A DNA stretch of 64,000 nt from Cenococcum geophilum (taxonomy: Eukaryota): assembly GCA_050273025.1 (NCBI GenBank), contig CP158635.1, positions 13,516,001 to 13,580,000 of the forward strand, read 5' to 3'. Within the stretch, counting starts at the first letter, position 1. Each line of letters starts with the position of its first letter. Below are positions 38,266 through 52,200 of the stretch, one piece after another. Below the pieces are notes generated by a model, which worked only from the letters and a program-made list of their open reading frames with translations, ran no database searches and was not told where the DNA came from. Made by a program: the position numbers and the translations under genes.

Positions 38266-38989
38266 AAACAGATAGGTTTCTAGAAGGAGGCAACTCCTAC
38301 TAGGCTTTTAAAAAGATATTAGAGAACAAAAGGACAGGAACAGGGGTTAGGATTTCTTATAGTTTTTCTTACCATTTTCTTATTCCCTAGTAGTTGTAGT
38401 ATCTTAGTATTTTACTAGGAAACTATAAACTCCTAATTTAGGGGTTTATAAACTACTAGGACATAGCTACTAGTATATATTAAGCTGCCTAGAAAGGATT
38501 TATGTATATAGAACTGTAGCGCCATAGCCCAAGGCTGCATGCGTAGTATTGTACGTAGTATAATACAATAGATATAAAAAATAAAAAAAAATAAAAAAAA
38601 CTATCTATTTTTATATTAAAATATACTATAAGTCTACTTTTTCTTTAGCCGATCTTTTCTATATATAGTAATATTAAATTATAATATACTTTATCTTAAA
38701 GTAGAATTAGATATTTTTAGTTAATAGTATAATGCCTTAATTATTCCTATAGATTATAGTTACTATTAGGTCTTTTTCTAACTTAAATAGCTCTACTAAA
38801 AGGTATTTAAGCTAGACGGCTTACTTAAAAGCCTATTTTTCTCCTATATATTTAGCCTTATAAAATAATAAAATAAGAACTACTTATCCTTTTAATACCT
38901 AGCTAATTATATAAGGTTTAATAGCTTTATATAGCTTAATACTCGTCTAGCTAAGACTTAGTTATATATTTTTTAAAAAAAAATAGAGA

Positions 38990-39580
38990 AAAAGGTATTA
39001 TAGTAAATATAAAGCTCTATATAGAGGTTTAATAGAGCTATATATAAAGCTTTAGTAAAGCTACATATAGAGCCTTAGTAGAGCTCTATATATAGCTTTA
39101 GTAGAGCTTTATATAGGCCTTTAATAGAGCCCTATATAGAGCTTTAGTAGAGCTCTATATAGAGTTTTAGTAGAGCTTTGTATAGGGCTTTAAGGGAGCC
39201 TCGTAGATAGCCTTTAGTAAAGCTTTTTAATAAAGCCTTTGGTAAAACTTTATATAAAGCTTATATAAAGCTTATATAAAGCCCTATATAGAGTATTTAA
39301 TAAAGCTTTAATAGTTAGGGAAATTAATTATAGAGATTAGCTTTAAGCTAGAATTATTATAGATTAATAAACTCTTAATTAAATATAGTATAGACTAAAA
39401 CTAAGCTAGACGCTCTACTAAAGGCTTTGCTAAAAAGCTCTATAGAAAGCTCTACTATAAACCCTCTATAAAGCCCTTAAAACCCTATATAAAGCTCTAC
39501 TAAGATTCTATATAGAGCTCTACTAAAGCTCTATATAGGACTTTACTAAAGGCTCTATTAGAAGTTTTACTAAAAGCTCT
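38990..39580. repeat. Second, fully RIP-mutated copy of the 12-mer satellite palindrome, spacer in reverse orientation
   Basis: 39305-39410 is the reverse complement homologue of 33085-33190; AGAGCT-type arrays on both sides. Confidence 0.75.
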
Positions 39581-39581
39581 A

Positions 39582-42500
39582 TATAAAACCTTTAAGGGAG
39601 ATATAAAAGGTAATATAGTATAGACCCCTCTAGGTAGTATACCTGTACTATATTAATAAGAGGGAAAATACTATTAGGTCTCTACTTTAAGACTTTTATA
39701 AAGGAGTATTCTAACTACCATCTTACCCTATTTACCCTTTATACTATACTTCTATATTATTATAGATTGTTATTAAATATTCTTACCTACCTACCCTTAG
39801 CTTTATTCTACTCTATATATATATATCTATATTGCCTATAGTCCTTTTACCTATAGCTAAATTACTAAGGGCCTATTAATAGAGGTTATTATATATAGAC
39901 TAGGTATACTTTAAACTTATAGTAAAACTTAACTATATGGCTTCCTATTAGATTAGCTATAGGTTATATAACTAGTACTATAAAAGTTATAGATTATACT
40001 AAGGCACTATAAGCTGTTCTTATATTACTTATAGTCTAGTTTAAGGGATTTTTAGCCTTAAACCGCTTAGTATATACCTTAATTTAGTAGAGGCCTTAGT
40101 TAATAACTAGGTAGTAATTTACAAGTTTCTTTAATATCTATATAGTAGTAAAAACTAGTAGTATAAACTATAGATTTAAGGTAAGCTTATTAAAGAGGTC
40201 TAATTAATAATAATTTATTGCTTAACGTCTGATTCGGATCCCTATTGGGCCCACGCGGACTACTCCTTATTTACATATAGGGAGAAAACTCTATTTAAGA
40301 AAAATGAGAAAACCCCATAATCCATCTCCCCGCCTTTTAGGACTCGCCTACTTAGCGCCTATAAGTCGCCTATAGTGCTCTACTACCTTACTGTTTAACC
40401 TCCTTAAGAACCACTGCTGCCGTAATAAGCCTATAGACGCGCTAGTATTATAAACTATTACTCTACTACTATAGAGTTACTAGGGGGCACCTACTACTTG
40501 CCCCCTTGCCTTCTATTATTATTTCCTTTATAACCTAGAACTAATTTAGCATATTTTAACTAATAAGCCACTAGGTAACCGTCTTAAGGCCTTTTTATAT
40601 TAAGAGTAGTGTATTATAGTTCTCTGTGCCAGCTGCTAAGAGTATTATTTCTTAATTAGTACGTAGGGGGCATAGCAGTATTACGTGTTTTAGTGTCTGT
40701 TTTAGCCAGCTATATTTATATCTTAGGCTACCTACTAGGACACCTACCTAGTAAAGCCAATCTTTTAGTCCTATTATTCCTGTTCTTAAGAGTATTGCTA
40801 TTATATTTTCTGCCTTTATTAGGCCTTCTTAGAGCCCTTAGGTATTTACCCCCTATAGCGTTAACTATACTATAGCTTAGGTTTATTTTGCCTAAGTTAG
40901 CCTCTATACCTTTAACTCCCATTTACCTCTCTAGCATTAGTCCAACCAGTATTATATTACGGTAGATGGTTTCCTAACATTCTTATATATTCTACTTTAG
41001 CTCCTTTCTCTGTCTTACTATTATCTTTACTAACCTTTTATACGTCTCCCTTCCTCCTCTATATAGGCCTAGGCCTTAAAGCGGTACTATTCTTTTTCTA
41101 CTTTCTTTACCTGTTTCTCTAATATCTCTTCCCTATTTTAGGGTTATTGGTTTATTCTCCTATAGGGCACCCTAGGGTCCCTCCATAGTTTACTTAGGCG
41201 TGTCTTAATATACTTTATAATATTAGAGTTGCGTTTATTTTATATCCTTTATATTGCAGCGGCTTTAATATATAACTATAGGGGGGGAATATTGGATTCC
41301 TTCTTAAGTAGTGCTGTGGCTGTTTGCTTATACCCGCCTATAATACTCTAAAGGCAGGCTATTTAGACCTTTTAAAGTGGTTTAAGGAGTAATTTAGGGG
41401 GGCCCTTCTTAGTTTCTCTAATGGCCTAAATACTGGATCTATATATTATGGTTAGCCGGACAACTACTATATATAGTAGGCGTGACCTCTAGAAGTATGG
41501 ACCTTATATAGAATTAACAATCCTAGATAAAGCAATGAACTGTACTTAGCCTTTATGGGCCGCTTGCGCCGTATATGCGCTTTACTAGAGCTTATTATCT
41601 ACCTATACTCCTAATACCCTTAGGCCCTAAACTAGTTAACCTTTAAAGCCTTAGATGTAAATTATATACTAAAGATCTATAGATTGGTTGCGTTTTCTTA
41701 TAAAATAGATTAGCTAGTATTTCTCTGGTAAGAATTAGACTCTATAATATTTTGCCTATTCTATATAAGTATTATAAGCTTTCTCTAGTGTTCTGCAATT
41801 CTCTACGGTTGTTGGCCCGTATATAATTAGGTTTATATTATTAACAAAGCCTATCCCCCAGGTTGCCCCTTCCTTAAAGGAGTTAAGTAGGTTGCTTATA
41901 AAGAAAAGGAAGAGTATAGGCAAGAGGGGTAATCCTTATAGTATTCCTATTGTAATTGCGATAGGGGGGCTCTGGTATCCGCTAAAGACTAGTAATATTT
42001 TTTTCTGGCCTATAAACCCTTGGACAAATTATATAATCTATTTTAGGAAGCCCTTTACCCTAAGGATATATAGGAGACGCTTATGGGGTATATTGTCGTA
42101 GGCACCACTAATGTCTAGGCTAAGCATTAATACTATAAAGTCCTTTTATATCACCTATGCAGATTTAATAGTGGTAGTGAGTAGCGTAAGTGCTAATAGT
42201 ATTAAGCGGTTCTTTCTTGCCCCTATTTGGCTTTATAGTAGTAAGGCGTGTTCCTTTACCATATTTACTATGCGTTCCGCTATTACCCTTTTTAAGATCT
42301 TACTAAGGGTGTTTTCTAAGGCAATAAGGCGGTAGCTTCCTAGGATTAAGTAATCTACTTTACCTTTTTTTTATAGGATAACTATTATTATAGATCTTCT
42401 AAGTTACGGGTAGTAGCCTATAGTAAAGCATACTCTGGCTATATCTATAAGCTAAGGTGCTATAAGTGGCCTATAGGTTTTTAGGGCCTTATTTAAAATC

Positions 42501-45500
42501 CTATCTAGTCCTAGTACTATATTATTTAAAAGGCGGCTAATAGTTCTAGCTATTTCCTCTGTTATTATATCGCTATTAACCCATAGGCGAGTTACCGGTA
42601 TTTCGCCTATAATATTACTAAGGTCTGCTAGAGCTAGTTAGGGGAAGAACCTTTCTATAAGGATCTTTACCTTCTTATTATTATTATTTATAGCCTATAA
42701 TTCTCCTGCTCTTTATAGGGGTAGTAGGTATAGGTCTTTTACTAGGCGCCCTACCTTTTCTTTACCTATTTTGCTATAGCCTAAAGGCCCTTATTATAGG
42801 GGAGGCTTAGGTTAAAAGTATACTTATTTATAAACCGTCTCTAGTTATTCCTTACTTCTTTTTTTAGGGTATTCTTTAGCTAGTTTCTTATGTCTTTATA
42901 TTATCTCTTATCTTTAGGGTTATAGCTACTTATATATTTCCTTCTTACTTATTATTAGCTGGTAACCAGAACTATATATTATATAGACTATGCGTGTTAC
43001 GTATAGGGGCCCAGTTTTAAGATCAGGCAGTGCTCTTTTAGCCTATTTTTAATTACTGCCTAGATCCTTTTTAGTCTTCGGTTGATTTCCTTAGGGGTGG
43101 CTAATAAGCCTCGCTTGTTTGGTATTGGGTGGATTTCTTTTAGGTCTTAAAGTTGTTGTTTAACTGCATTAAGGAAACTGTCTATTTTAAGCTTCCTTAT
43201 TATATATCTTTTTCTATTTAGTTGCGCTTTAGTATCTAGGTCTAGCTATATTTAAATAGGGATATAGTCTAAGGTAAGTGCCTATTCTTCTTTAGGGTTA
43301 TACCTTTTAAGTCTCTAGTATAGGCCTTTATCTATAAATGTGAGGTTAATTATACTTCTAGCGGTGCCTTATTGCCATATAATTGCTTTTAGGGGGGTAG
43401 CTAGCTTAAGGCCCTAGATATCTATAGCTCTTAGTAGGCACTCTAACTATTAATCTACAGTAATATAGATGCCCCTCTACTACGGGTAGTAGAGGTTTAT
43501 ATCTTTTAGTAGGATAGACTCTATACCTTTGGTTTCTAATAAGCTTATTACCGATATAATATTCTCTATTTATAGGACTCCTTTAACCCTAGGGTTATAT
43601 ATATTAATAATTTATACCAGTCCCCTATATATTTAAATTGTTATAACTATAATATCTAGGTTAACTGCCTGCTATAACTATAAGGATAGGCTAATAGCCT
43701 TACTAATTATAAAGTATACGCGTGTGGCTGCTTTTGGTTTATATAGGAGCTAGAATCCTTAGGGGCAGTATATTAATTGTGTAAAGGTATTGTAATACGG
43801 TTCTTGTATAGCAAGGATATAGTATTTCTTTAGGTTTAGACTGTTTAGTAGGGGCCTTATAAGGCGGTAGTTTATATTACCGCAGTTATACTGTATAATA
43901 AATAGGTGGCGGACCCCCGGCGAGGGTCCTTTAACTCTCCTTTATTCCTTACTTCTTCTATTTCTACTTTCTTTAGGATATTTAGAGCTTCTATCTCTTA
44001 TATCTACACCCTAGTTACTACTTATTTTATATAGAGCTTTCTATTTCCGTATCTTATATTCCTATTAGCGCTTTTATATCTAAATCTATTATTATTACCA
44101 GTTCTTCCCCTATTCTTACTAGTTGGCTATATACCCTTTATGGGTTAGCTATAAATATTATATTTACCGTATTAAGTCTAATTCTTAATTATCCTGGTCT
44201 TAAGCCTACTGTTACTATTTATAGGGGTCTTCCTACGGGGCGTCCTCTCCCTTATATCCCCTGTAACCCTTATATCCCTAATCGGTCTAGTAATATCGCG
44301 TGGCGTTACTTCTAGCCCGTTAAGGCTTAGGATAGCTGGCCTAGCCCTCTAGTATTAAAGGTAGGAAACGCTAAAAAGGTGCCTATGTCCCTATAGCTTA
44401 TCGCCTATTGTTTCTATTTATATAACCTAGCGTGCAGTTATTCCCGCAGCTGTTAAGCCCTTACCTTCTGTCTCCTGTATTTAATACAGTCTTCTCTCTC
44501 CTACGCCTTATGTGTGCTTTAGTGGCAGTTCGCGTATTTTATTTAGTCTTAATTTAAATAGTGTCTTATATTATAGGGGCCTATATAGTGGCCGCAGTAT
44601 ACCTATGCTGCGTATATAGATTGGGTGTGTCCCTATTATATATAGCGATAGTATTATTCTAGGTATAGTCTGTAGTTATAGAGCCTTATATTGTATATAA
44701 GGCTATTTATAATTATTCCTTTTTAGATAAGGAGTTTTTATATTCCTGGTGTATATATACTAACAATAAGGGAGCTATATATTTGTCTGGTGTCTCCCTA
44801 GCGAGTCTCTAACAACCCTTATATCCTCTTATTGTTTTTATTATATACTTAGTTTACATTTTCCTATTAAAGCTATTAAATTTAGGTGATTTTAAGTCTT
44901 AATATAAGGCGTTCCGTTTATCTTACTATCTTTTATATAATTGCTATGTTGTTTACCTAGCGTCCCTTTTCTACCCTAAGGCTTATAGGAACCGCTAGGA
45001 CTTTAACTAGGTAATCCTTACGGAGTACTTTTATACCAATACGTTCTCCTAGCCTATCCCCTACCCTTATAGCTCGTTCCTTTACCTATTAGTCCTTTAG
45101 GGTAACTTTAATATCTTCGCTTTTAAGGTATTAGACTATAATAGCGTTATAAACCTCTTTATATATTTTAATAAGGACTTTTGTTTCTAATTATCCCCTA
45201 AGCCCCTCTACTTATTCTATGTTTGGTTATATTATAATTATATACCCATTTATTAACTTAAGGGGGGTAGGTTCCCTATGCTATAAAAGCGCAGCTATGG
45301 CGGCCTAGGTGCGGTTCGCCGGTAAGGGGGGGTTATACTTATTTTTAATTTTACTTAGCTATTAGAGGATTTAATTAAGGGTTTACTAGAGGGGCGCCTA
45401 AGGTTTGCTAAACTGGCGGAGCCATTCTACTAGCTATATTAGTTTGTTATAGCTAACGGTTACTCCCCTGTAATTCTAAATACTAAACGCGTCTAATAGG

Positions 45501-46974
45501 CTTTATATTTTATTAGATGCCTTCTTAATAGAGGTATTTCCGCTTTATAGTGTGGTATTCGCCCGTCTTTATTGTGGAGGGCTATTGCTGGGCGTAGTTC
45601 TAGCGGTCGCGCGCGAGTGCGAGCCACCGTCGTTTGACGTATGCCTCCCCTGCGATGCATATATCTTAGGGGGATTCTCTAGGTGTTTTTTAGGGTTCTT
45701 TTGGTTAGTTTTGGTCTTTTTGGGCCGGGTGCAGTAAGAGCTCTTAAGGGGGTAGGTTTTCTAGTTTAATAGGGGCGAGTCTAGTAGAGTTATGGGGTAA
45801 GGTTGCTTAAGAGGTCTAATTATAAGTCTTTTTAAGAAATTTAGGCCTAGTTAACTAGGTATAAAAAGTGAGTCTAAAGGCTAAAAGGTCTCTATTATTT
45901 TTATTATTAGGCCTTTATAATTAAGGTAAATATTCTATACCTTAAAGGGGTCCTTATAAATAGAATATAGGTAGTTTATTATCTTTTCTTTATAGAGAAG
46001 GGGGTTTACTAAGTCTTAAGTATATCGCGGATATAGGTATATCTAAGTATTTCTACTAATATAGCTAAAGATATAGGCTATTTTTACTAGGGTAATAGGG
46101 AATAGTCTATATTAACTTTAAGCTTATTCTATAATTAAAGCTTTTAGTACTTTATAAAATTAGCCTTTATATATCTATATAGTAAGGCTTAAGAACTTAA
46201 TAGCTACTATTAACATTTTATCAAAATTATATTAATAAACTACTAGAGTAAACGCGGAGATATATATAGAGCTATATAGCGCTAATGCTACGATATAGTA
46301 GTAGTACGGAAAGTTTTTCTATTAGGAGGTTAAGCCCTAATAAAGGCCTATAAATACAACTACTATATCTTTATATATATATCTACTATACTTAGATTAC
46401 AGCATTAACCTATAGTAGTAATCCCCTTCTTTTTATATAGTATAGTAATATACTATATAGTACCTATATATAGCTAAACCGTATATATCTTATAGGTAAA
46501 AGGCCTATAATAAACCTCTTATCTAAAATAACTTCTACTCTCTTTATATCTTAACCTATCTAATATATTATAATATATATTATAGTATAGGTACCCAGCT
46601 ATAGGGGCTTAGTATACCCTTATATCTAATATTAGATTAAGGGCGCTATTAAATATAGAAAGATAAGAAATAGAGGTAAAGAAGGATTATTAAAATAGGG
46701 AGAGTTATTTAGCTATAAGTAGGAAGACTATCGGCAACGCGGATATATATATAAAGTAATAAAAAGCTAGGGATAGGTAAGTAATAATATTTAATAGCAA
46801 TTAATAATAATATAAAGGGTAAATAAAGTAGGATAAATAATTAGGATACTCCTTTATAGGACTCTTGGAGTAATAGCCTAGTAGTATTTTTCCTCCCATT
46901 AATATAGTATAGATATACTACCTAGAGGGGTATATACTATATTACCTCTTTTATCTTTCTTAATGGATTTTATA
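39582..46974. mobile_element. Unclassified relic bounded by ~270-bp inverted repeats (39582-39864 and 46705-46974), interrupted by LINE copy 3
   Basis: CCCCTCTAGGTAGTATA...TATAAAGGAGTATT...TTTACCCTTT on the left matches the reverse complement of the right block; interior not decodable. Confidence 0.5.
40207..45808 (-). mobile_element. Tad1-like LINE copy 3 with ~65 bp of foreign sequence at its 5' junction
   Basis: Homologous to copy 1 up to 45743; 14-bp TSD AAGAGGTCTAATTA (40193-40206 and 45809-45822). Confidence 0.93.
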
Positions 46975-47782
46975 CCTAATATTAACGGGATTAGTTTTTA
47001 TAAACCTTATTTAGGACCGTATTAAATAATAATTAAGAGTTAATAATATTAGCGCCTTAGTTAATTAAGGTATAAGTATAATAAGAGGGATGTATACAAG
47101 CCTATATAGTTAAATTATCTATAAATAAGGATCTAAAGCTAGAGAAAGAAAAAGAAAAGAAATTAGCACCGCTTAATATTTTATAAGATCTTTATATTAC
47201 ATAATCGTAATATATAGTAGTTTATAGTAACTTGCTAGTATAGAGAACTATAAAGTTTTGCTAAGTTCTACTAACTAAATTCTACTATTTTCTGCTAGTG
47301 CCGTAATATTATCCCCCCCCTTAATAAAGCCTACCCTTAGGCTTTATATATCTATATTACTCCTATAGGGCGTTCTTATCCTTATATTCTTCTAGTAGCT
47401 TATTATCTTTACTATACTAGCAGTATATCTACTTATTTAGGAGCTTTAAGAGTTCTAGTTTATTAGGGTAATAGCTATAAAAATTTTAAAACTTATAGGG
47501 ACTGCTAATAAAGTTCTATATAAGGTACTAGGTAGGATTTAAATTATAACCTTTCTAATTAACGTAGTATTTTAGTGTTCTCCTTACTAGTATTTCTTTA
47601 ATTTCCTGTTATCGCTATTAACTTAAATTAGTAAGGGGGGTTAATTCTTTTATTTAGGTAATAGGTTATCTATAGCTTTTTATAGCTTATTTAGTAAGAA
47701 AATAGGGTAAAGCTTTATTAAATCTAAGAGTTTTACCTTATATAAGTTGCCTTTCCTTTTAAGAACCTTATATAGTCCTAAT

Positions 47783-47867
47783 GCCTGCGACGCCCTACTG
47801 CACGCGTCCACGTCGCCGCGGGTAGAAACATCATCAGGAAAACCTTCCTTACGATGGCCAAGTGCAG
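47783..47867 (+). ncRNA. HDV-like self-cleaving ribozyme (predicted), copy 2
   Basis: P1 GCCTGCG/CGCGGGT; identical P2, P3 and L3; P4 CATC..AGGAA-AACC-TTCCT..GATG; J4/2 GCCAA; P1.1 GG changed to AG at a RIP-type TpG site. Confidence 0.85.
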
Positions 47868-49264
47868 AGGCGATGGTAGAGAGCCGTCGCAGCGCGTGCA
47901 GCGCGCTGTCGTCGCGGTTCTGTGGTGTTGAGCTCGCGACGCGTACGAAGCATCGTATAAAGCATCGCCCCCAACACCACCAGGAGCCTCACTGCCTCCG
48001 CTTAAGGCTCCCGCTCTACTATTTAGGGAGGCAATTAATCAAGGGAAACTGGGATACAAAAACCACCCGACGTACGACTACCTAGCTCGTAGCTAGGGCC
48101 GAAACTGGCCTTATCAAGCCAGCGGATGCGGACGCGTCCTAGGCGTACGACAGGACACCCTTAGGCTTGCACTAGCTCTGAGACCGAGAGGATACGGCGA
48201 GGGCGTAGGGAACCTCTTTTTATAGGAACTTGTTAAGGTTAACGCGTCGCAGATACTTCGTACGAAACTTGTTAAGGCCCCAAGGCCACCGCGAAGAACT
48301 TGTTAAGGCCCTGCCTAGAGAACTCGTTAAGGCCCCTCTAAGGGCCTATCTGGTATCTGGTATACCCAGGTGACTTAGAAGAGGGTCTTAATAGGCGTAG
48401 TGCGCGCGACCTGGTCGACAGCGACAGCGACGCGACGGCGACGCGACGGCGACTAGACGGCTTAACGAGGTGGAAACACAGGTAAAGCTCTAGGCAGCGG
48501 AAACACAGGCCAGCTTTGACGGCCCTATGGCGTTAAAAGGTGACTTATAGGAGGGTCTTAATAGGCGTGGTGCACGCAACCTAATGTATATGTATAAGGC
48601 AACTTATAAGAGGGTCTTAATAGGCGTGGTGTATGTAACCTAATGCATATATATGGGGGAGGCTGTAGGGGAAACATAGGCCAGTTGGACAAGGACTCGA
48701 TAGTTAGAGATATAGGCCAGCTTATAGGAAGGGGGGATACAAGCTTAGTTAGTAGGAGAGGGGGGAATAGGTTGCCTAGCACGGGACCTAGCATCTCTAC
48801 GGCCCCCTCCTATAAGACGCGGTCGGCCTATTATAAGGAGACTCCTATAGGCAACGCGAAATAGGAACTAGCAGTAGTATAGGGTGTTACGCCCCTATAC
48901 TACTACTAGTTTCCTATAGAGCGTAGTATATAGCAGCCACTGCTGGCTTTAAGGACCTCACCCCTTAGCTAGGCTTTAACCCTTAGTGCACCTAATAGGC
49001 TGGCAGAATTACGTCCTAGCTAGAGAGACTATTATATAGCTTAAGAGAACGGATACGCGTATTGGTATATTAACAGATGGGACCGTTTGCTAGGGCGGTA
49101 CGCCGGTAAGATATATTTAAGGAGCAAATAGGAGTTACTTAGGCGGGAAAGGTTTTGGCCCTGCCTTAACCGTAGAAGGTAGTGACGCCTAAGGGTAGGA
49201 ATAAGCCACTAGAAAATTGGGGTAGAGGCCTAGATAAGTAGGCATGTTAAACTCTACTATATTA

Positions 49265-52200
49265 ATAATTCATTGCTTAACGTCCGATTTGGATCCCTAT
49301 TAGGCCCACGCGGACTACTCCTTATTTACATATAGGGAGAAAACTCTATTTAAGAAAAATGAGAAAACCCTATGATCCATCTCCCCGCCTTTTGGGATTT
49401 ACCTACTTAGCGCCTGTGAGTCGCCTATAGTGCTCTACTACCTTACTGTTTAACCTCTTTAGGAACCACTGCTGCCGTAATAAGCCTACGGACGCGCTAG
49501 TATTATAAACTATTACTCTACTACTATAGAGTTACTAGGGGGCACCTACTACTCGCCCCCTTACCTTCTATTACCATTTCCCTTACAACCTAGAACTAAT
49601 TTAGCATATTTTAACTAATAAGCCACTAGGTAACCGCCTTAAGGCCTTTTTATATTAAGAGCAGTGTATTATAGTTCTCTATGCCAGCTACTAAGAGCAT
49701 TATTTCTTAATTGGTGTATAGGGGGCATAGTAGTATTACGTGTTTTGGTGTCTATCTTAGCCAGCCACATTCGTATCTTAGGCTACCTACTAGAACACCT
49801 ACCTAGTAAAGCCAATCTTTTAGTCCTATTATTCCTGTTCTTAAGAGTATTACTATTATATTTTCTGCCTTTATTAGGCCTTCTTAGAGCCCTTAGGTAT
49901 TTACCCCCTATGGCATTAACCATACTATAGCTTGGGTTCGTCTTACCTAAGTTAGCCTCTGTACCTTTAACTCCTATTTACCTCTCCAGCGTTAGTCTAA
50001 CCAGTATTATATTACAGTAGATGGTTTCCTAGCGTTCTTACGTGTTTTACTTTGGCTCCTTTCTCTATCTTACTGTTATCTTTACTAACCTCTTACGTAT
50101 CTCCCTTCCTCCTCTATATGGGCCTGGGCCCTAAAGCGGCACTATTTTTCTTCTACTTTTTTTACCTGTTTCTCTAATATCTCTTCCCTACTTTAGGGTT
50201 ATTGGTTTATTCTCCTATAGGGCACCCTAGGGTCCCTCTATAGTTTACTTAGGCGTGTCTTAATATACTTTATAATATTAGAGTTACGTTTATTTTATAT
50301 TTTTTATATTGCAGCGGCTTTAATATATAACTATAGGGGGGGAATATTAGATTCCTTCTTAAGCAGTGCTATAGCCGTTCACTTATACCCACCTATAATA
50401 CTCTAAAAGTAGGCTGTTTAGACCTTTTAAAGTAGTTTAAGAAGTAATTTTAGGGGGCCCTTCTTAGTTTCTCTAATGGCCCAGATACTGGATCTATATA
50501 TTATGGTTGGCTAAACGACTACTATATATAGTAGGCGTGACCTCTAAAAGCATAGACCCTATATAAAATTAACAATCCTAGATAAAGCAATAAACTATGC
50601 TTAGCCTTTACAGGCCGCTTATGCCGCATATATGCTCTACTAGAGCTTACTATCTACCCATACTCCTAATACCCTTAGGCCCTAAACTGGTTAACCCCTA
50701 AAGCCTTAAATGCAAATTATATGCTAGAGATCTATAAATTAGTTACGTTTTCTTATAAAATAGATTAGCTAGTATTTCTCTAGTAAGAATTAAACTTTAT
50801 AGCGTTTTGCCTACTCTATATAAGTATTATAGGCTTTCTCTAGTATTCTATAGTTCTCTACGGCTGTTAGCCCGTATATAATTAGGTTTATATTATTAAC
50901 AAAGCCTATCCCCTAGGTCGCCCCTTTCTTAAAAAAGTTAAGTAGGTTGCTTATAAAGAAAAGGAAGAGTATAGGCGAGAGGGGTGATCCTTATGGTATT
51001 CCTATTGCAACTATAATAGGGGGGCTCTAGTATCCGCTAAAGACCAGTAATATTTCTTTCTAGCCTATAAACCCTTAGACAAATTATATAATCCATTCTA
51101 GGAAGCCCTTTACCCTAAAGATATATAGGAGACGCTTATAGGGTATATTGTTATAGGCACTATTAATATCTAGGCTAAGCATTAATACTATAAAGTCCTT
51201 TCGCATCGCCTATGCAGATTTAATGGTGGTAGCGAGTAGTATAAGTGCTAATAGTGTTAAGCGGTTCTTTCTTACCCCTATTTAGCTTTATAGTAGTAGG
51301 GCGTATTCCTCTACTATATCTACCATGCGTTCCGCTATTACCCTTTCTAAGATCTTACTAAGGGTGTTTTTTAAGGCAATAGGGCGGTAGCTTCCTAAGA
51401 TTAAGTAATCTGCTTTGCTTTCTTTTTATAGGACAACCGTCGTCATAGATCTTCTAAGTCGCAGGTAGTAGCCTATAGCAAAGTATACTCTAGCTACATC
51501 TGCAAGCCAAGGTGCTATAAGTAGCCCATAGGTTTTTAGGGCCTTATTTAGAATCCTATCTAGTCCTAGTGCTATATTATTTAAAAGGCGGCTAATAGTT
51601 CTAGCCATTTCCTCTATTATTATATCGCTGTTGACCCGTAGGTAAGTTACCGGTGTTTCGCCCATAATATCACTAAGGTCTACTAGAGCCAGTTAGGGGA
51701 AGAACCTTTCTATAAGGATCTTTACCTTCTTATTATTATTATTTATAGCCTATAATTCTCCTACTCTTTGTAGGGGTGGTAGGTGTGGGTCTTCTACTAG
51801 GCGCCCTACCTTTTTCTTTACCCATTTCGCTATATCCCAAAGGCCCTTATTATGGGGGAGGCTTAGGTTAGAAGTATGCTTATTTATAAACCATCTCTAG
51901 TTATTCCTTGCTTCTTTTTTTAGGGTATTCTTTAGCTAGTTTCTTATATCTTTATATTATCTCTCGTCTTTAGGGTTATAGCTGCTTATATATTTCCTTC
52001 TTACTTATTATTAGCTGGCAACTAGAACTACGCATTATATAGACTATATATATCGCGCATAGGGGCCCGGTTTTAAGATCGGGTAGTGCTCTTTTAGCCT
52101 ATTTTTAATCGCTGCCTAGATCCTTTCTAGTCTTTAGTTAATTTCCTTAGGGGTAGTTAATAGGCCTTACTCGTTTAGTATTAGGTGGATTTCTTCTAGG

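Larger units (their letters stand above)
34798..38599 (+). mobile_element. Chimeric non-autonomous retroposon 1: ribozyme-headed GC-rich leader, ORF1-only half-LINE, A-rich tail
   Basis: 13-bp TSD ACTATCTATTTTT (34785-34797 and 38600-38612); A-rich tail ~38575-38599; leader 34798-36498 homologous to 47783-49264 plus 54837-54860. Confidence 0.9.
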
